Part shown: piece after piece, positions 40,715 through 54,822 of the stretch
Position numbering within the stretch: position 1 is the stretch's first letter
Layout: each line of letters starts with the position of its first letter
Origin: Eledone cirrhosa
Lineage: Eukaryota
Reading direction: 5' to 3'
Length of the DNA: 64,000 nucleotides
Assembly (NCBI GenBank): GCA_964016885.1
Contig: OZ024746.1
Location: 6,138,001-6,202,000, forward strand
The notes under the pieces: model-generated
Database searches by the model: none
What the model was told of the DNA's origin: nothing
The model's input: only the letters and a program-made list of their open reading frames with translations
Made by a program: the position numbers and the translations under genes

Positions 40715-40823
40715 TAACATTATAGTTAAAACAGAAAACAAAAACAATAACGAAGAGTGCAGTACAAAGTGTTAATTCACTTGCAGTACAAAGTGTTGGT
40801 TCACGCTTAAGAGTGAGGGGTGG

Positions 40824-40858
40824 GGACGACGTTTCGGGCATAAGCCCTTTATCGGAGA
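40824..40858 (-). ncRNA. Degenerate minimal hammerhead motif
   Basis: CCGAUAA-a-GGGC uuau GCCC-GAAA-CG-UC. Two core changes from CUGAUGA and poor stem I. Confidence 0.45.
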
Positions 40859-41022
40859 AAGGTGGGAAGGAAAAGAGTTCCGAGGGTATGAGGGGGGAGA
40901 GGTGGAAAGACATAAAAAGGGGAGAAAAAGTAGGGAACGAAAAAAAAATTAGAAAGTGGGTAAAAACATTAAAATGAAACAAGTGGTGAAAGGGTTATAT
41001 ATATATATATAAAGGGTTATAT

Positions 41023-41057
<35 letters not shown>

Positions 41058-41211
41058 AATATATTTATTAAATAACAGATTAAAGTTTAAGCAAAGAATC
41101 GCTGCTTTCACCCTTAACGGGATCTTTGCTCTACGGTTCTTATATATTTGATATATATTTATCCTTATCGAGCCCTCTTTGGATTTTAGTCTTCAATTTT
41201 ATTATTATTAC

Positions 41212-41278
<67 letters not shown>

Positions 41279-41387
41279 AGAATATTTTCGAAACAGCGAG
41301 TGAGTTTGAAATTATTAGAAATGTAAGCTATCGCCGTATTTTTACTAAAGAAATTAAAGAAATTATTTAGCCTGATATTGGGGTTAA

Positions 41388-41471
<84 letters not shown>

Positions 41472-41499
41472 GTATGTATCTATCAATCTAATACATAAG

Positions 41500-42279
<780 letters not shown>

Positions 42280-42290
<11 letters not shown>

Positions 42291-42900
42291 CATACATACA
42301 TACATACATACATGCATGCATGCATGCATGCATGCATGCATACATACATACATACATACATACATACATACATACATACATACATACATGCATGTATGCA
42401 TACATACATACATGCATGCATGCATGCATGCATACATACATACATACATACATACATACATACATACATACATACATACATACATGCATGCATGCATACA
42501 TACATGCATGCATGCATACATACATACATACATACATACATACATACATACATACATACATACATACATACATACATACATACATGCATGCATGCATGCA
42601 TACATACATACATACATACATACATACATACATACATACATACATACATACATACATACATACACGAACGTTTGGAATAATCGATTTGACGTTAGACGAA
42701 ATCCGAGCAACTGATGTTAGAGGCCTAACATCGGTCCAGATAGCATTTGAGTCCTGCATCATAATTTTTCCAACAACATTTACGAACCTTGAAGCGTAGG
42801 AGCCCATCTGTTGAGCAAGTCTGTCTGCATGAGACGGATACGATCATGAGAGTTGGGAAGGAGTTCCATGAAAGATACTCTCTTCATGATAAGGAAAAAC
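42280..42900 (-). mobile_element. (CATA/CATG)n tract plus a probable CR1/L2-like 3' end
   Basis: Minus strand SWNSFP (WNSLP-like) upstream of a 3' UTR ending in (TATG)n. Confidence 0.35.
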
Positions 42901-42976
42901 TCACACCCAGGGAAATTACCCAGCAGTACCACAGACAATTCATAAATGAAAACCTACATGCTTATCAGCATAAAAT

Positions 42977-43158
42977 AATTGTTTCTACTTTTGGTACAAG
43001 GCCAGAAATTATCCCAGTGTATTACTAGTACTTTATTTTATCGACCCTGTAGGATGAAAGGGAAAGTTAACCTTGGCGGGATTTGAACTCACTCCGTAAA
43101 GGGACGTAACTGTGCTGCAAAGCATGGCGTCCGACCCTCTACCGATACTGCCAATTTA
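42977..43158 (-). mobile_element. SINE family A
   Basis: Reverse complement of the full unit. Confidence 0.8.
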
Positions 43159-43159
43159 C

Positions 43160-44100
43160 CATGCATGGATATGTTGCCAAGATGCTCCAAAGTGAGCGTA
43201 ATATAGATAAGCAAAGTAACAACAACCACTATATTGGTTCCCACTTTGAAGGATACGCTTTTGTAATCCAGGAACAGGAAATCAACACAAAATACCTGAT
43301 TCACAAATGAGATATGGATGCAGGCAAAAGACCTAGATATGACAAATGCAGACTCTGTAGAATTAACATCGAAGATGTCACCCATGTCATATACAGTTGT
43401 CTAAAGATGTCATCACGGTACTATCTACCCATGAGGCATGATGAAGGGGCCAAAACACTGTATAATGCAATCCGTAGAAAAGATAGCCCCGACAATACAA
43501 GCACATTAAAAGTTACAGAAATGTGGAAGACATACATATACATAATATGAAAGAATACTGGTGGACTGTCCCAGTAAAACCCCAATAAGATTCAGGCATA
43601 ACAGACCAGATATAATAATATGGGACAGGGAAAAGAAGGCATGCACAGTAGCGGAAGTTAGCTGCTCAGCAGATGCCTATATAATATCTAAGATTAGCGA
43701 AAAGGAGAATATGTATGCAGAACTGATGAGAAATCTGCAGATACTCCACCCTGACTATACCTTCAGATTTATACTTGTGATTATTGGGGCACTGGGGTAT
43801 GTTAGTAACTGCCTCAATACAAATCTTGTGAAGCTGGGCTTCACAGAAACAGAAAGAACACGAGTAGTTAGGAAATTACAAGTACAATCCATTAATGGAA
43901 CAGTAAAAATATGTAGAACATTCCAAACATTTTGCATCTAATAACTGCATATACAGCATAACTGCATATGTACAGATACAAAGCTTATGTACATGCACAC
44001 ATACAACTCAAAACATCCACATCCACACATACAATAACATCCATATATACACTTGCATGCATACATATATCTCTACCTAGTTGATGTTGTGTAAATTACA
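43160..44100 (+). mobile_element. 3' fragment of a third RLE-type (R4/NeSL-like) retrotransposon
   Basis: CRLCRINIEDVTHVIYSC, RHD, HNRPDIIIWD..EVSC, EKENMY, VIIGALG; frameshifted. Confidence 0.85.
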
Positions 44101-44175
44101 ATGAGAGTGTTGTGTCTATGTTAGAAACAGACTCTCTCTCTATTGGTAAAAATTTGTGAAATTATAAAACCAGAA

Positions 44176-44313
<138 letters not shown>

Positions 44314-45338
44314 CGCATTAGATGCAGTTAAAAATAAATTCTTTTGCCTGTTTGACAGAGATGAAATAGAAGAGAGCGCCACTATTTACGAACCGTGTAT
44401 ATAGCCTTTGATTTCATATTCAATTGTCACTAACTCAATTCTTTTACTTTTAAATTGTCCACGGATTCTATGATTTTGCCGATGAATAGGAGTGTTCATT
44501 CATTTATTAATTTATTCCTTGATGGATACCGCTTATTATGAATGAACAAGTTTAAAATACAAGTTATAGCTTGAGGTAAAACTATAGCCATCTGTGCAAG
44601 CTGTTATTTCAAACAAACAATACTTTAACATTACGTGTCATTAAAAGACAAAACGGAAACTATTGACGTCAACGCCACAAAAGTAAACATACCTTTCCCC
44701 GTCTTTATAAATTACATTTCTATTCAGTACATACAGCAATAAGCCATGACGATGAATATTAAATGCATTACTTTATTACTTCTCTAACATATTTTCTATA
44801 AAGTAGGAATTGAAATAGTTTAGTAGATTTATGTTTTCAACTTCTAATTTGAATAGTTTAAATATTTTGTAAGGATATAACAACCCCCACTCAAAGCTAT
44901 ACAGAGTGGGGAACTAGAGATATACATTAGGATTACGCTGTATATTTTGAAATTGTAAATCATTAATCTTTTGAACAAATTCTTGTTATTGTGTAGTGTC
45001 TTTGATAAAGATGTACTATCGTTTGGCATGAAATCGTACATTTGTTACATAAAAAAAGTACGATTACATACTAGTAGATATTTTATTGTTTATTTCTTAT
45101 TAGATACTATCAGCTGGCCAACCTATGGTTTTGTTAAATTGCTCTCGCAAGATAAAACCATATCTAAATAAATGAAGTAAATTTAAAACTGACACTTTAT
45201 AAACATACCCTCGTGGCAGCAAGGAGACTACATTTACAAATTACATATGATACTATTTTAGAAGGAAGTTATGTCTCTGATCATACTAGGAGTACTCAAT
45301 AGGTGATATAGAGTATATATGATTTTATTTCGAAACTG

Positions 45339-45545
45339 CTATGGCCAGATGGGGCTATAAGACCGGCCCAACCATCTGCGAATGCGAAGAGGAGGACCAT
45401 ACGATGCAGCACTGCCTTGTTTGCCCTCTACTACCCAACCAGTGCAGCTTAAAAGATCTCACAGAATTTAATAATAATGCAAAGAACTGTGTAAAGAAAT
45501 GGGAAACTGTCATATAACCACATGCTCCGAAGATACGAAAAGAAG
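45339..45545 (+). mobile_element. Short 5'-truncated LINE (Ingi/Vingi-like C-terminal zinc finger) with a 12-bp TSD
   Basis: 45341-45517 encodes MARWGYKTGPTICECEEEDHTMQHCLVCP...; atttcgaaactg at 45327-45338 and 45546-45557. Confidence 0.7.
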
Positions 45546-45829
45546 ATTTCGAAACTGAAACGTCGCCGCTTCCAAAGCATTTCTCATTTTGAGGCTACAG
45601 TATACGAAACTTGCCTAACTTATCGTACAAATGGGTCAAACACTTATTCATTCCAGTCATTCGACTGCGGTCATACTTGGATATCACCCTTGAGGACTTT
45701 ATTTAAGTACTAATTTAAGTCACGTACTTATTCTATTGAACACAACCTCATATATATGCACACCAAATATACGATTATACGAATTACAGGTTTTCCATTT
45801 TAGTAACAAATATCTTATCATTATTACTA

Positions 45830-47041
45830 CTAGCTGACGTACCCAGCTTCGCCCGGGTAAACTGATGATAAGAGAAGACAAGTAAAAGAGAAAATGACTG
45901 TATTGGATGTTTGTCTGGTTACAGTATGAGGCGAGTCCGTGGTGTCTGTGTGATACAAAAAACAGTAAAAGAAATCTTCCAGATATACCAGATTCTTCGT
46001 TGTACCGTGTGTGCATAGTATATGAACAATTCTAGGTGCTCCCACCTAGAATAGTGACCTCTAGGAGATGGTTCATCTTCTGTTTGACTGTAAAACGTGT
46101 ATCATTGCATAGACGTGGTTGTTCCACGTTTCTCAAAAGAATGATGGAAGTTCCAATCTTTTATATTATATGTAGATATAGATATAGATAATTAATATAA
46201 AAGATGATGCTCAGCCAGTTCGTCTTTAACCATCGCAGCACGCTGTCGCTGCTCGGCTCCAGTGTTTCGTTGGCGTTGTTCAGCCAGTTCCTCTTATTAA
46301 TGGCGGCACGTCTTCGCCTCTGAAGTTTAGCATTCCGATGGCGCTGTTCGGCCCGTTTTTCTTCATTCGTAGCTGCACGCCGTCGCCGCTGTAGTTCACT
46401 GTTTGATAAAGTCGAATTGCTTTTATTATCAGTATTAATTTCGAGCAATTGTCAAAAGATGACACAATAATAAATATAAAAGATGTCTGTCAAAGTAAAA
46501 AAAAGGTCCCTATTTACTCCCTTCCCAACTCTGTGTATGTTAGACTGACAGACAAGAACACAGACAGATAAACTGCGTGGCGATTGTGGAACGCCGCACG
46601 TACACACACATACGCGCATGGAAACGCGTACACGCACGCAAACTTACACACGCACCCATGCACTTACATACACGCACACTCTCACACATGTTGATAGTTT
46701 TTACTTTCTGTGGAACTCTACACGCGCACACACACACATAAACAAACGCGCACGTACATACACACGCACACATGTTAATAGTTATTGCTTTCCTTACCCT
46801 CTTATTTCCACACACATCACACATGTCTCTACACTGACACATATACATAGTGTATCCAACATAGCGTTCACTTTGCCTCTCTGTTTCTTACTCTCCCCTC
46901 TCACTCTCTCATTGGCATTATGCATATTGATTAAGTTTGGCGTCGTTGAGGTGGGCGGAGTTGTTTGAAAAAACTATGAACCAATGATAATCAAGAATTA
47001 TGACACACGGAATACTGACATTGTTGAAATTAATATATAGA
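45830..47041 (-). mobile_element. Internally deleted Helitron
   Basis: Minus strand starts TCTATATA and ends with hairpin cccgggcgaagctggg + CTAG. Retains RRRRAATNEEKRAEQR repeats (STPR-like N-terminus) and SRVGAPR...GTTKNLVY (PIF1 helicase C-terminus-like). Confidence 0.75.
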
Positions 47042-47854
47042 ATTTCAGACTACACCGTCTATTCCACTTATATATTGGGAAAAGCCAAACATTTCCGCTT
47101 CCGCTATCGTATATAATTCTTAGCTGGTCGTCATTTCAAAACTCAATGACTCGGTATTCAAATTAAGTTTATAATTATGCAGTTTTTAAGGATTCATCTT
47201 TTATCTGCTCTAATAAAATCACATTTTTCTCCCTTTTTCTTTAAATATGTTCGACTAATTTTGTCATACAAGTTAAAGTCTTTGAAACTATAAAACACAG
47301 TGAGCTTTTTGTTTCGTAGATGACATTTTGGTTAGTGAAAATGACAACTACTTCCTGTAGAAGAGAAAATGTAAAACATGTACAGAAAAGGTTTAAACTT
47401 ATACTTTAGAAGCTAAAACAGTTAAAAAGTAAAATTTCAAATACTATCCGGGATATGGTATTTTATAATCAAGGAAAGACTTTAAGCTCCCCCTTTATTT
47501 ATATCTTTGACGTCTAAAATAGTTTGTATGATTGCAGAATCTTTTCCTTCAGTCATGATTAGGAAGTGTTTACATACCACGCCGAGGTTTGATTTTATAG
47601 ACGTAACATCTGCTTCATAGAGTATACCTACGGCATACACAGCTGCTTCTGAATGAGCATGTGTTGTCACTTTTATACGAGGATAGAGTATATTAAGCAA
47701 ACTTGTGAATCATATATTGCAACATTTATTACTGGTATGGCATGTCGTGGAGAGTCATATGTACTTTAATTCTTTAACATTTATAGGGTATGGCATATCG
47801 TGGGAAGTCATATGAGTATGTAATTCTTTAACATTTATAAATTCAGCTAATAAT

Positions 47855-48042
47855 TGTTTCTACTTTTGGCACCAGGCCAGCAATTATCCCAGTGCATTAC
47901 TGGTACTTTATTTTATCGACCCCGTAAGGATGAAAAGCAAAGTTAACCTCGGCGGGATTTGAACTCAGATCATAAAGGGAGGTAACTCTATGCTTCAAAG
48001 CATAGCGACCGACCCTCTACCGATACTGCCAATCCACCGCCC
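47855..48042 (-). mobile_element. SINE family A with a 13-bp TSD
   Basis: ttcagctaataat at 47842-47854 and 48043-48055. Confidence 0.9.
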
Positions 48043-48145
48043 TTCAGCTAATAATGATTTATACTGTATCATTGCACAGGTCTTGTTCAGCGAGAATAAT
48101 ATTTTCTTTAGTTTGCTTCAAAGTGTTTAATCCATTTATTGTTTA

Positions 48146-49228
48146 CTAGCAGTAAAGCCCGGCGTTGCTCGGGGTCGCTCAGTAGCTGTGTTAAAGTTAC
48201 AATGTTAAGTTTCTTTTTTGGCTTAAAAACTGTAGTGTCTACTGTGCAGACTTGCATGTGGTGTTTTTGATTAATATTCCCTCAACCAACAATATGCCTT
48301 AAGAATTTAAGAAAACATAACGATAACCCCAATGTTATAACAAAAGAGGATGCTGGGGATAAAAACTGCACTGGTTATTTATTAACAAAGATCGAAAATG
48401 TAAACACTGCAACGCAGAGAAAAACATTAGCGTAACCAAATTATCAGTTATGTCTGTCTGCACGCCTATATCACCTCTCTGCACGACTGTCTGTCTGCAC
48501 GCCTATATCACCTCTCTGCACGACTGTCTGTCTGCACGCCTATATCACCTCTCTGCACGACTGTATGTCTGCACGCGTATATCACCTCTCTGCACGACTG
48601 TCTGTCTGCACGACTGTCTGTCTGCACGCCTAACGAAATTTACAGATACATATATTTTAAATAAACTTATATAATTTTTGCTTTTTTTAACGAAATATTT
48701 GCTTGTTTTACGTAGTCTTTAAATAGACTTGTTTTCAAGTAAAAATATTGTTTTAAAATGCTTTTAAATGGAAATGAAGCTTGTTTTACGTAGTCTTTAA
48801 ATAGACTTGTTTTCAAGTAAAAATATTGTTTTAAAATGCTTTTAAATGGAAATGAAGCAAAACGGAAGCTTAGTTTTCGAACTGATGAATTTTGCAGGTC
48901 AATATTTTGCTGGCTCGACAACTGTCTGTTCGTGTATTGTGTTAATGTCATTTTAAACGCTGAGAAAGCCAGCGTAATTTTTTACGTAAGACGCTCAATG
49001 TAAACAGAACAAAGGGAAATAACTGATAACTTACGCTCAAAAATCGATACATTATATTCGATTTCGTCAGATAGGGTGGGTCAATTTGAAATTTATTTTT
49101 CCGATGTCTTCGCTGGGGCTCAATGTACAAGTATAGCAATTTCGGTGCAATTCCGTGAGAGATTCTAAGAGGAGATGTGTGCCAAAAATCGATAGACAGA
49201 CAGACAACCACAGTTTTATATATATAGA
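48146..49228 (-). mobile_element. Non-autonomous Helitron, copy 1, with an internal ~35-bp minisatellite
   Basis: 5' TC, 3' hairpin cccgagcaacgccggg + CTAG; internal tctgcacgcctatatcacctc repeats; internal duplication 48700-48860. Confidence 0.85.
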
Positions 49229-49232
49229 TATA

Positions 49233-50146
49233 CTAGCAGTAAAGCCCGGCGTTGCTCGGGGTCGCTCAGTAGCTGTGTTAAAGTTACAATGTTAAGTTTC
49301 TTTCTTGGCTTAAAAACTGTAGTGTCTACTGTGCAGACTTGCATGTGGTGTTTTTGATTAATATTCCCTCAACCAACAATATGCCTTATGAAGTTAAGAA
49401 AACATAACGATAACCCGAATGTTATAACAAAAGAGGATGCTGGGGATAGAAACTGCACTGGTTATTTATTAACAAAGATCGAAAATGTAAACACTGCAAC
49501 GCAGAGAAAAACATTAGCGTAACCAAATTATCAGTTATGTCTGTCTGCACGCCTATATCACCTCTCTGCACGACTGGCTGTCTGCACGCCTATATCACCT
49601 CTCTGCACGACTGTCTGTCTGCACGCCTATATCACCTCTCTGCACGACTGTCTGTCTGCACGCGTATATCACCTCTCTGCACGACTGTCTGTCTGCACGA
49701 CTGTCTGTCTGCACGCCTAACGACGAAATATTTGCTTGTTTTACGTAGTCTTTAAATAGACTTGTTTTCAAGTAAAAATATTGTTTTAAAATGCTTTTAA
49801 ATGGAAATGAAGCAAAACGGAAGCTTAGTGTTCGAACTGATGAATTTTGCAGGTCAATATTTTGCTGGCTCGACAACTGTTAAAGCCAGCGTAATTTTTT
49901 ACGTAAGACGCTCAATGTAAACAGAACAAAGGGAAATAACTGATAACTTACGCTCAAAAAATCGATACATTATATTCGATTTCGTCACATAGGGTGGGTC
50001 AATTTGAAATTTTTTTTTCCGATGTCTTCGCTAGGGCTCAATGTACAAGTATAGCAATTTCGGTGCAATTCCGTGAGAGATTCTAAGAGGAGATGTGTGC
50101 CAAAAATCGATAGACAGACAGACAACCACAGTTTTATATATATAGA
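49233..50146 (-). mobile_element. Non-autonomous Helitron, copy 2 (tandem)
   Basis: Near-identical to copy 1, separated by 4 nt. Confidence 0.85.
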
Positions 50147-51639
50147 TTACATTTTCTTTGATTGGCAAGTTATTTTGTGTATCAATGACTTGTTTTTCCT
50201 GTCCGTGCCCATAATTTCTATAATCAATCAACAACGTAATATGGTATTCCCCCCCCCCCCCTCTCCTCCACCGTTTGATTTCCTGTCTTATCTGTAATGT
50301 CATTTAAGTGAATAATCCTTCATCGATATTTTAGGATGTCATATTCAGTTCTTAAAACAGGTAATCACATTTTCATAATTACTTATAGATCTCCTTTTTT
50401 GTTTTGCTATCTTTCTTTTCTCTATCATATCCCATGTTTCATATGTAATCTATGATTTTTTTTCTTAGTGTTTCCTTTTCTTCAAAGTTTTATTTCTGTA
50501 GCTTACTAGCGACACTTTTGAATATCAATCCATATCTGATAAACACACCTACGTTTTGTTGTTCCTCCATTACTGCATGTATAACATCAAATCTATCTGT
50601 ATATTCAGAGAGGAACCATTCTTTTCGATTTTCGTCAGTTCTCATTTTCTCTAGATCAAATTCTGGCGACTAGATTAAATTCATTATCTTTCATTCTAAC
50701 CTGAGGTGTATAGAGTTAATTTACTGGAAATGTAACCCAACACATTATGGTAAAAGTTAGATGCATTCCATGGAAAGCTTTTACGATTCTGGTCATTATT
50801 CTGGATTCAAATATTACAGCTGACTTCGACTAACTAGCTTCACCGTGGTCACCTCCTAGTAAATATTTCGAGTGATGGGCTAAACACAATGAAGTTTGCG
50901 TGTTCGTAACTAGATACATCTCCACTTTCACAAGAAGCCATAAAATCAAGGTCTCTGTGATGTAAAGCACAGATGTAATAATTTTAATCTCCATCAACAT
51001 GGAGGAATTGTCAAACCAAAATAACAGCTGTTATTCTCACGCAAAATCTGTGAGGAGACCTAGGTTTGATAACAAATAAGCTTATAGAATGTATATAGAT
51101 AAGAACTTAAACCAGATAACTGGAATATATGTACCTTGGTGTTGTTTTGTACTTTCATCGTTCTTTAACAAATATAATTTAGACATGAATGCCATTAGTT
51201 GGACAAGAGTAATCGGAGTTGATAAATCTAAATTGGGAAACGAAAAAACAATCATTCACAATCATTAATGAGTAAACAAAATAAATGGTAAGTAATTAAT
51301 GGGAAGATTCTCTAAGATACACGTGGAAATGTTAGAATATAACTACGACAATTTTCCACAAAAGACGTGAAGAACGGGAAATTTCAATTTTATAGCTTTA
51401 AAAAGCAGCTTGAAAGGAAACAGCATGTGATTGCTTCTGTGTGTGAAGGACCGGTTTGATTAGTGATTTGTTTTTTTTTTGTTTTTTATGTAAGCAAGAA
51501 ATGAGGAAACTGAAAAGAAATGGATTATAGTTTACTATAGTTTATAGTTTACTAGTGTCTTTTTGAGCGACTTCTCCAGCCGGGAGAATATATGTAAGTA
51601 TATTCACACACGCATTTATTAAGTATTAAAGTATATATG

Positions 51640-52222
51640 TATAGGGAGAGAGTCAAAAAGCCATATATCGTTTGAGAAACACATAGTATTTTGTTAATAT
51701 ATATAATATAATATTTAGGGAAAATACGTACTTCAAGGTGGAAAAGTTCTTATTTACTACTTTACTTTGAATTATTGGTGCTCTGGGCAAATGTCCAGAG
51801 TTTCTACTGGAAAATACAAGCATCATAAATATATATGTGGTGATACCTTAAATTAGAATATATATATATATATATATGCATATATATATACATATATGAG
51901 TGTATGTATAGTATATTTGGCAATATACTGTATGCTTAATTAAAAACATTTTGAAGACCTTGCGCTATTATTTTAAAGTATGTCACTTCTTTTTTCAACA
52001 AACAAAGGGAGATAAGCTGACAGATCTGTTTCACACTGTTGGTGATCATCAGAGCTTAGCACTCGCCGATGTTTGTTGAAAAAAGAAGTAAGTGACATAG
52101 TCACTACTTTAAAATAATAGCGCAAGGTCTTCAAGATGTTTTTAATTAAGCATACAGTGTATTGCCAAATATACTATACATACATTCATATATATATATA
52201 TCGCTATTTCAGAGCACCAATC

Positions 52223-52257
<35 letters not shown>

Positions 52258-52340
52258 TTGAAGTACGTATTTTTCCTAAATATTATGTGCTTTGTATATA
52301 AACAAGATACTATGTGTTTCTCAAACGATATATGGCTCTT

Positions 52341-52350
<10 letters not shown>
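51640..52350. mobile_element. Nested inverted repeats; the inner foldback element carries a hammerhead (family HH-3)
   Basis: Outer arms ~51640-51737 / 52258-52350; inner arms ~51892-52004 / 52070-52192; (TA)n tracts between them. Confidence 0.78.
52013..52058 (-). ncRNA. Type I hammerhead ribozyme motif with a GUC cleavage triplet
   Basis: UAAGCU-CUGAUGA-[uCAC caaca GUGu]-GAAA-CAGAUCUG-UC-AGCUUA. 6-bp stem I, palindromic stem III, weak stem II. Confidence 0.8.
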
Positions 52351-52418
<68 letters not shown>

Positions 52419-52710
52419 AACAAGTTATCGTTATAGGTAATCCAGTTAGAGGTTGTAAGTACTCTGCGTGGTGGATAGTTTTAAAGTACGGCATTGTTTA
52501 ACTCAACAAGATGTTTCCATAGTTATGCAGCGAGTTCGCGATAATTCCTATGTAGGTTAAACTTGGAGTAATAATAGTGAAAGAATGAAGAGTAACATGG
52601 TTGGCTGTACAATAAGGGGCGTTATTTCATGTACTGACAATTGTTTCATTGATCAGGTGAGTCTAGATGTCGCTAATCATTCGAAGTTGAGGCACTCGAT
52701 CTCCATTACA

Positions 52711-53242
52711 ACGTATCTATGTATGTTTCGAATATGACTTTTCATGTTAGCACTAAACCCACCACAGAATCCTTATACGATCACTTACTCATCACCAACA
52801 CTATCATATTCTGTATTTACATGCTCTCACTTATCCTTATATATTTATTTATTTATTCATATTTGTATTATTTTTCCATTTTCTTACTTTTCCCCTATTT
52901 ATCATATATATTTTATTATTGGCCTTGGGCCAAAAAGTAGAAACAATTATTTACCTCTGACCAACTACAAAAACAATTCACTCAGGCAAGATATATATAT
53001 AGAAATAGCGTATAATCAAAACAATAACATCAATAAAAAAAATATATATAATAAATAGTGGAAAAGTAAGAAAATGGAAAAATAATACAAATATGAATAA
53101 ATAAATAAATATATAAGGATAAGTGAAAGCATGTGAGTACAGAATATGATAGTGTTGGTGATGAGTGAGTGATCGTATAAGGATTCTGTGGTGGGTTTAG
53201 TGCTAACATGAAAAGTCATATTCGAAACATACATAGATACGT
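52711..53242. repeat. ~200-bp inverted repeat with a SINE tail in the spacer
   Basis: 52711-52912 is approximately the reverse complement of 53040-53242. Confidence 0.88.
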
Positions 53243-53346
53243 GTAGAGAGTCTGACATAGTGACAGATAAAAGAAAAAGCAATAAATTAGAGACTAATTG
53301 GGAGATACTGGTATCATTCGTTCACTATATATTTGTGGTGTGTGTG

Positions 53347-53451
<105 letters not shown>

Positions 53452-54015
53452 TATATCATCTATAGGTCTACAGCCCTGCAGTAAATTTAATAAGGAACTA
53501 CATACATTTGCAATGGTTAATTCTATGGTCTTTTCAAGCATATGTATCTGTAAGCAGATACTATCTGACCAACTTCCATAATGTTTTGGCAGCAACATTC
53601 TAAGACCCTGAACAAATATATGCTCTCAGTATTTTGAAGGAATTGCACTAATTTTACAAAATAATTAATACAGAATATTTATTAGTATTAAAATCTTTAA
53701 TTAAAGTCATAGAAATGAATACATTATATTTTATCTGATGATTATGCTAAATGAAGAATAATTGTGTTACAAGAAAACTTGATGAAACATTTGATTTAAT
53801 ATTTAGATTCTGTATAAAAGATACACTTGGAAAACGAATCAAAATAGTTGTGATAAAAGTATTGTTACTCAGTCTTATCTACCATTCTTGGATTGTAGGC
53901 GATTGTCAGATGCTTGATCGAAGAGCTATTGTTGAGATTAATGTAATTCCGACATCATTGAATCATTAACATTAAAATAGATATACATTGTTAAATTTTT
54001 GCTTACATTGTGATT

Positions 54016-54362
54016 GAAGGCGCGTGATTTATAGTTAGGGTATTCGGCTCACAAGCGTAAGGTAATGAGTTCAATTTTCGGCGGCGCGCTGTGTCCTTGA
54101 GAAAGAAACTTTATTTAACGTTGCTGAATGAATTTTACCTGTAATTTTACCTGTAACTTTATTTAACGTTGCTGAATGAATTTTACCTGTAATTCGAAGG
54201 GCCAGCCTTGTCACAGTTTGCGTCACAATGAATCTCCCTCGAAAAGTTAATGGTACACGTGTTTGTGAAATTCTCAGCCACTTTCACGGTATTTTCACGA
54301 GTAGGCTGTTCCGTTGATCGTATCAACTGGAACACTCGTCGTCGTAACCGACGGAGTGCCAC
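54016..54362 (+). mobile_element. tRNA-derived SINE family B
   Basis: gaaggcgcgtg head, B box, gtgtccttgag core, tail cgtcgtcgtaaccgacggagtgcc. Confidence 0.7.
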
Positions 54363-54434
54363 TGCTAATACATTGTGATTACTTTGTATTGACGATATAT
54401 ACTTTTAGTAATATAAAGATAAACTTTTATTATT

Positions 54435-54800
54435 GTGGATTGGCAGTATCGGTATAGGGTCGGACGCCATGCTTTGATGCATAGAGTTACGACCCTTTAC
54501 GGTCTGAGTTCAAATCCCGCCGAGGTTAACTTGCCTTTCATTCTTGCGGGATCGATAAAATAAAGTACCAGTAATACACTGGTTAATTGCTGGCCTTGTG
54601 CCAAAAGTAGAAACAATTATTATTATGATAAAAAAAAGGCGGTAACTTCGTAGAGTGTCGGGCAGCATGTTTTGTGGTATATAGTTAAGACTTCCTACTT
54701 TCTCAGTTCAAATAAAGTACCAGTAACGTACTGGGGTTAATTTATTTGGCTTTCCCCTTCACCTCAAAATGTTGGCCTTGCGTCAAATGTAGAAGCAATT
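54435..54800 (+). mobile_element. SINE family A plus an internally deleted copy
   Basis: Head, core and tail at 54435-54625; deleted copy at 54637-54800. Confidence 0.8.
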
Positions 54801-54822
54801 ATTAATATATTATTATTAATAA

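Noticed and set aside
41093-41142. Minus-strand ccc-guuaa-ggg-u-GAAA with aagaa/uucuu flanks
   Set aside because: No CUGANGA core or valid UH site; too degenerate to call.
53724-53790. attttatctgatga, the same start as two hammerheads
   Set aside because: No stem II or GAAA/stem III arrangement follows.
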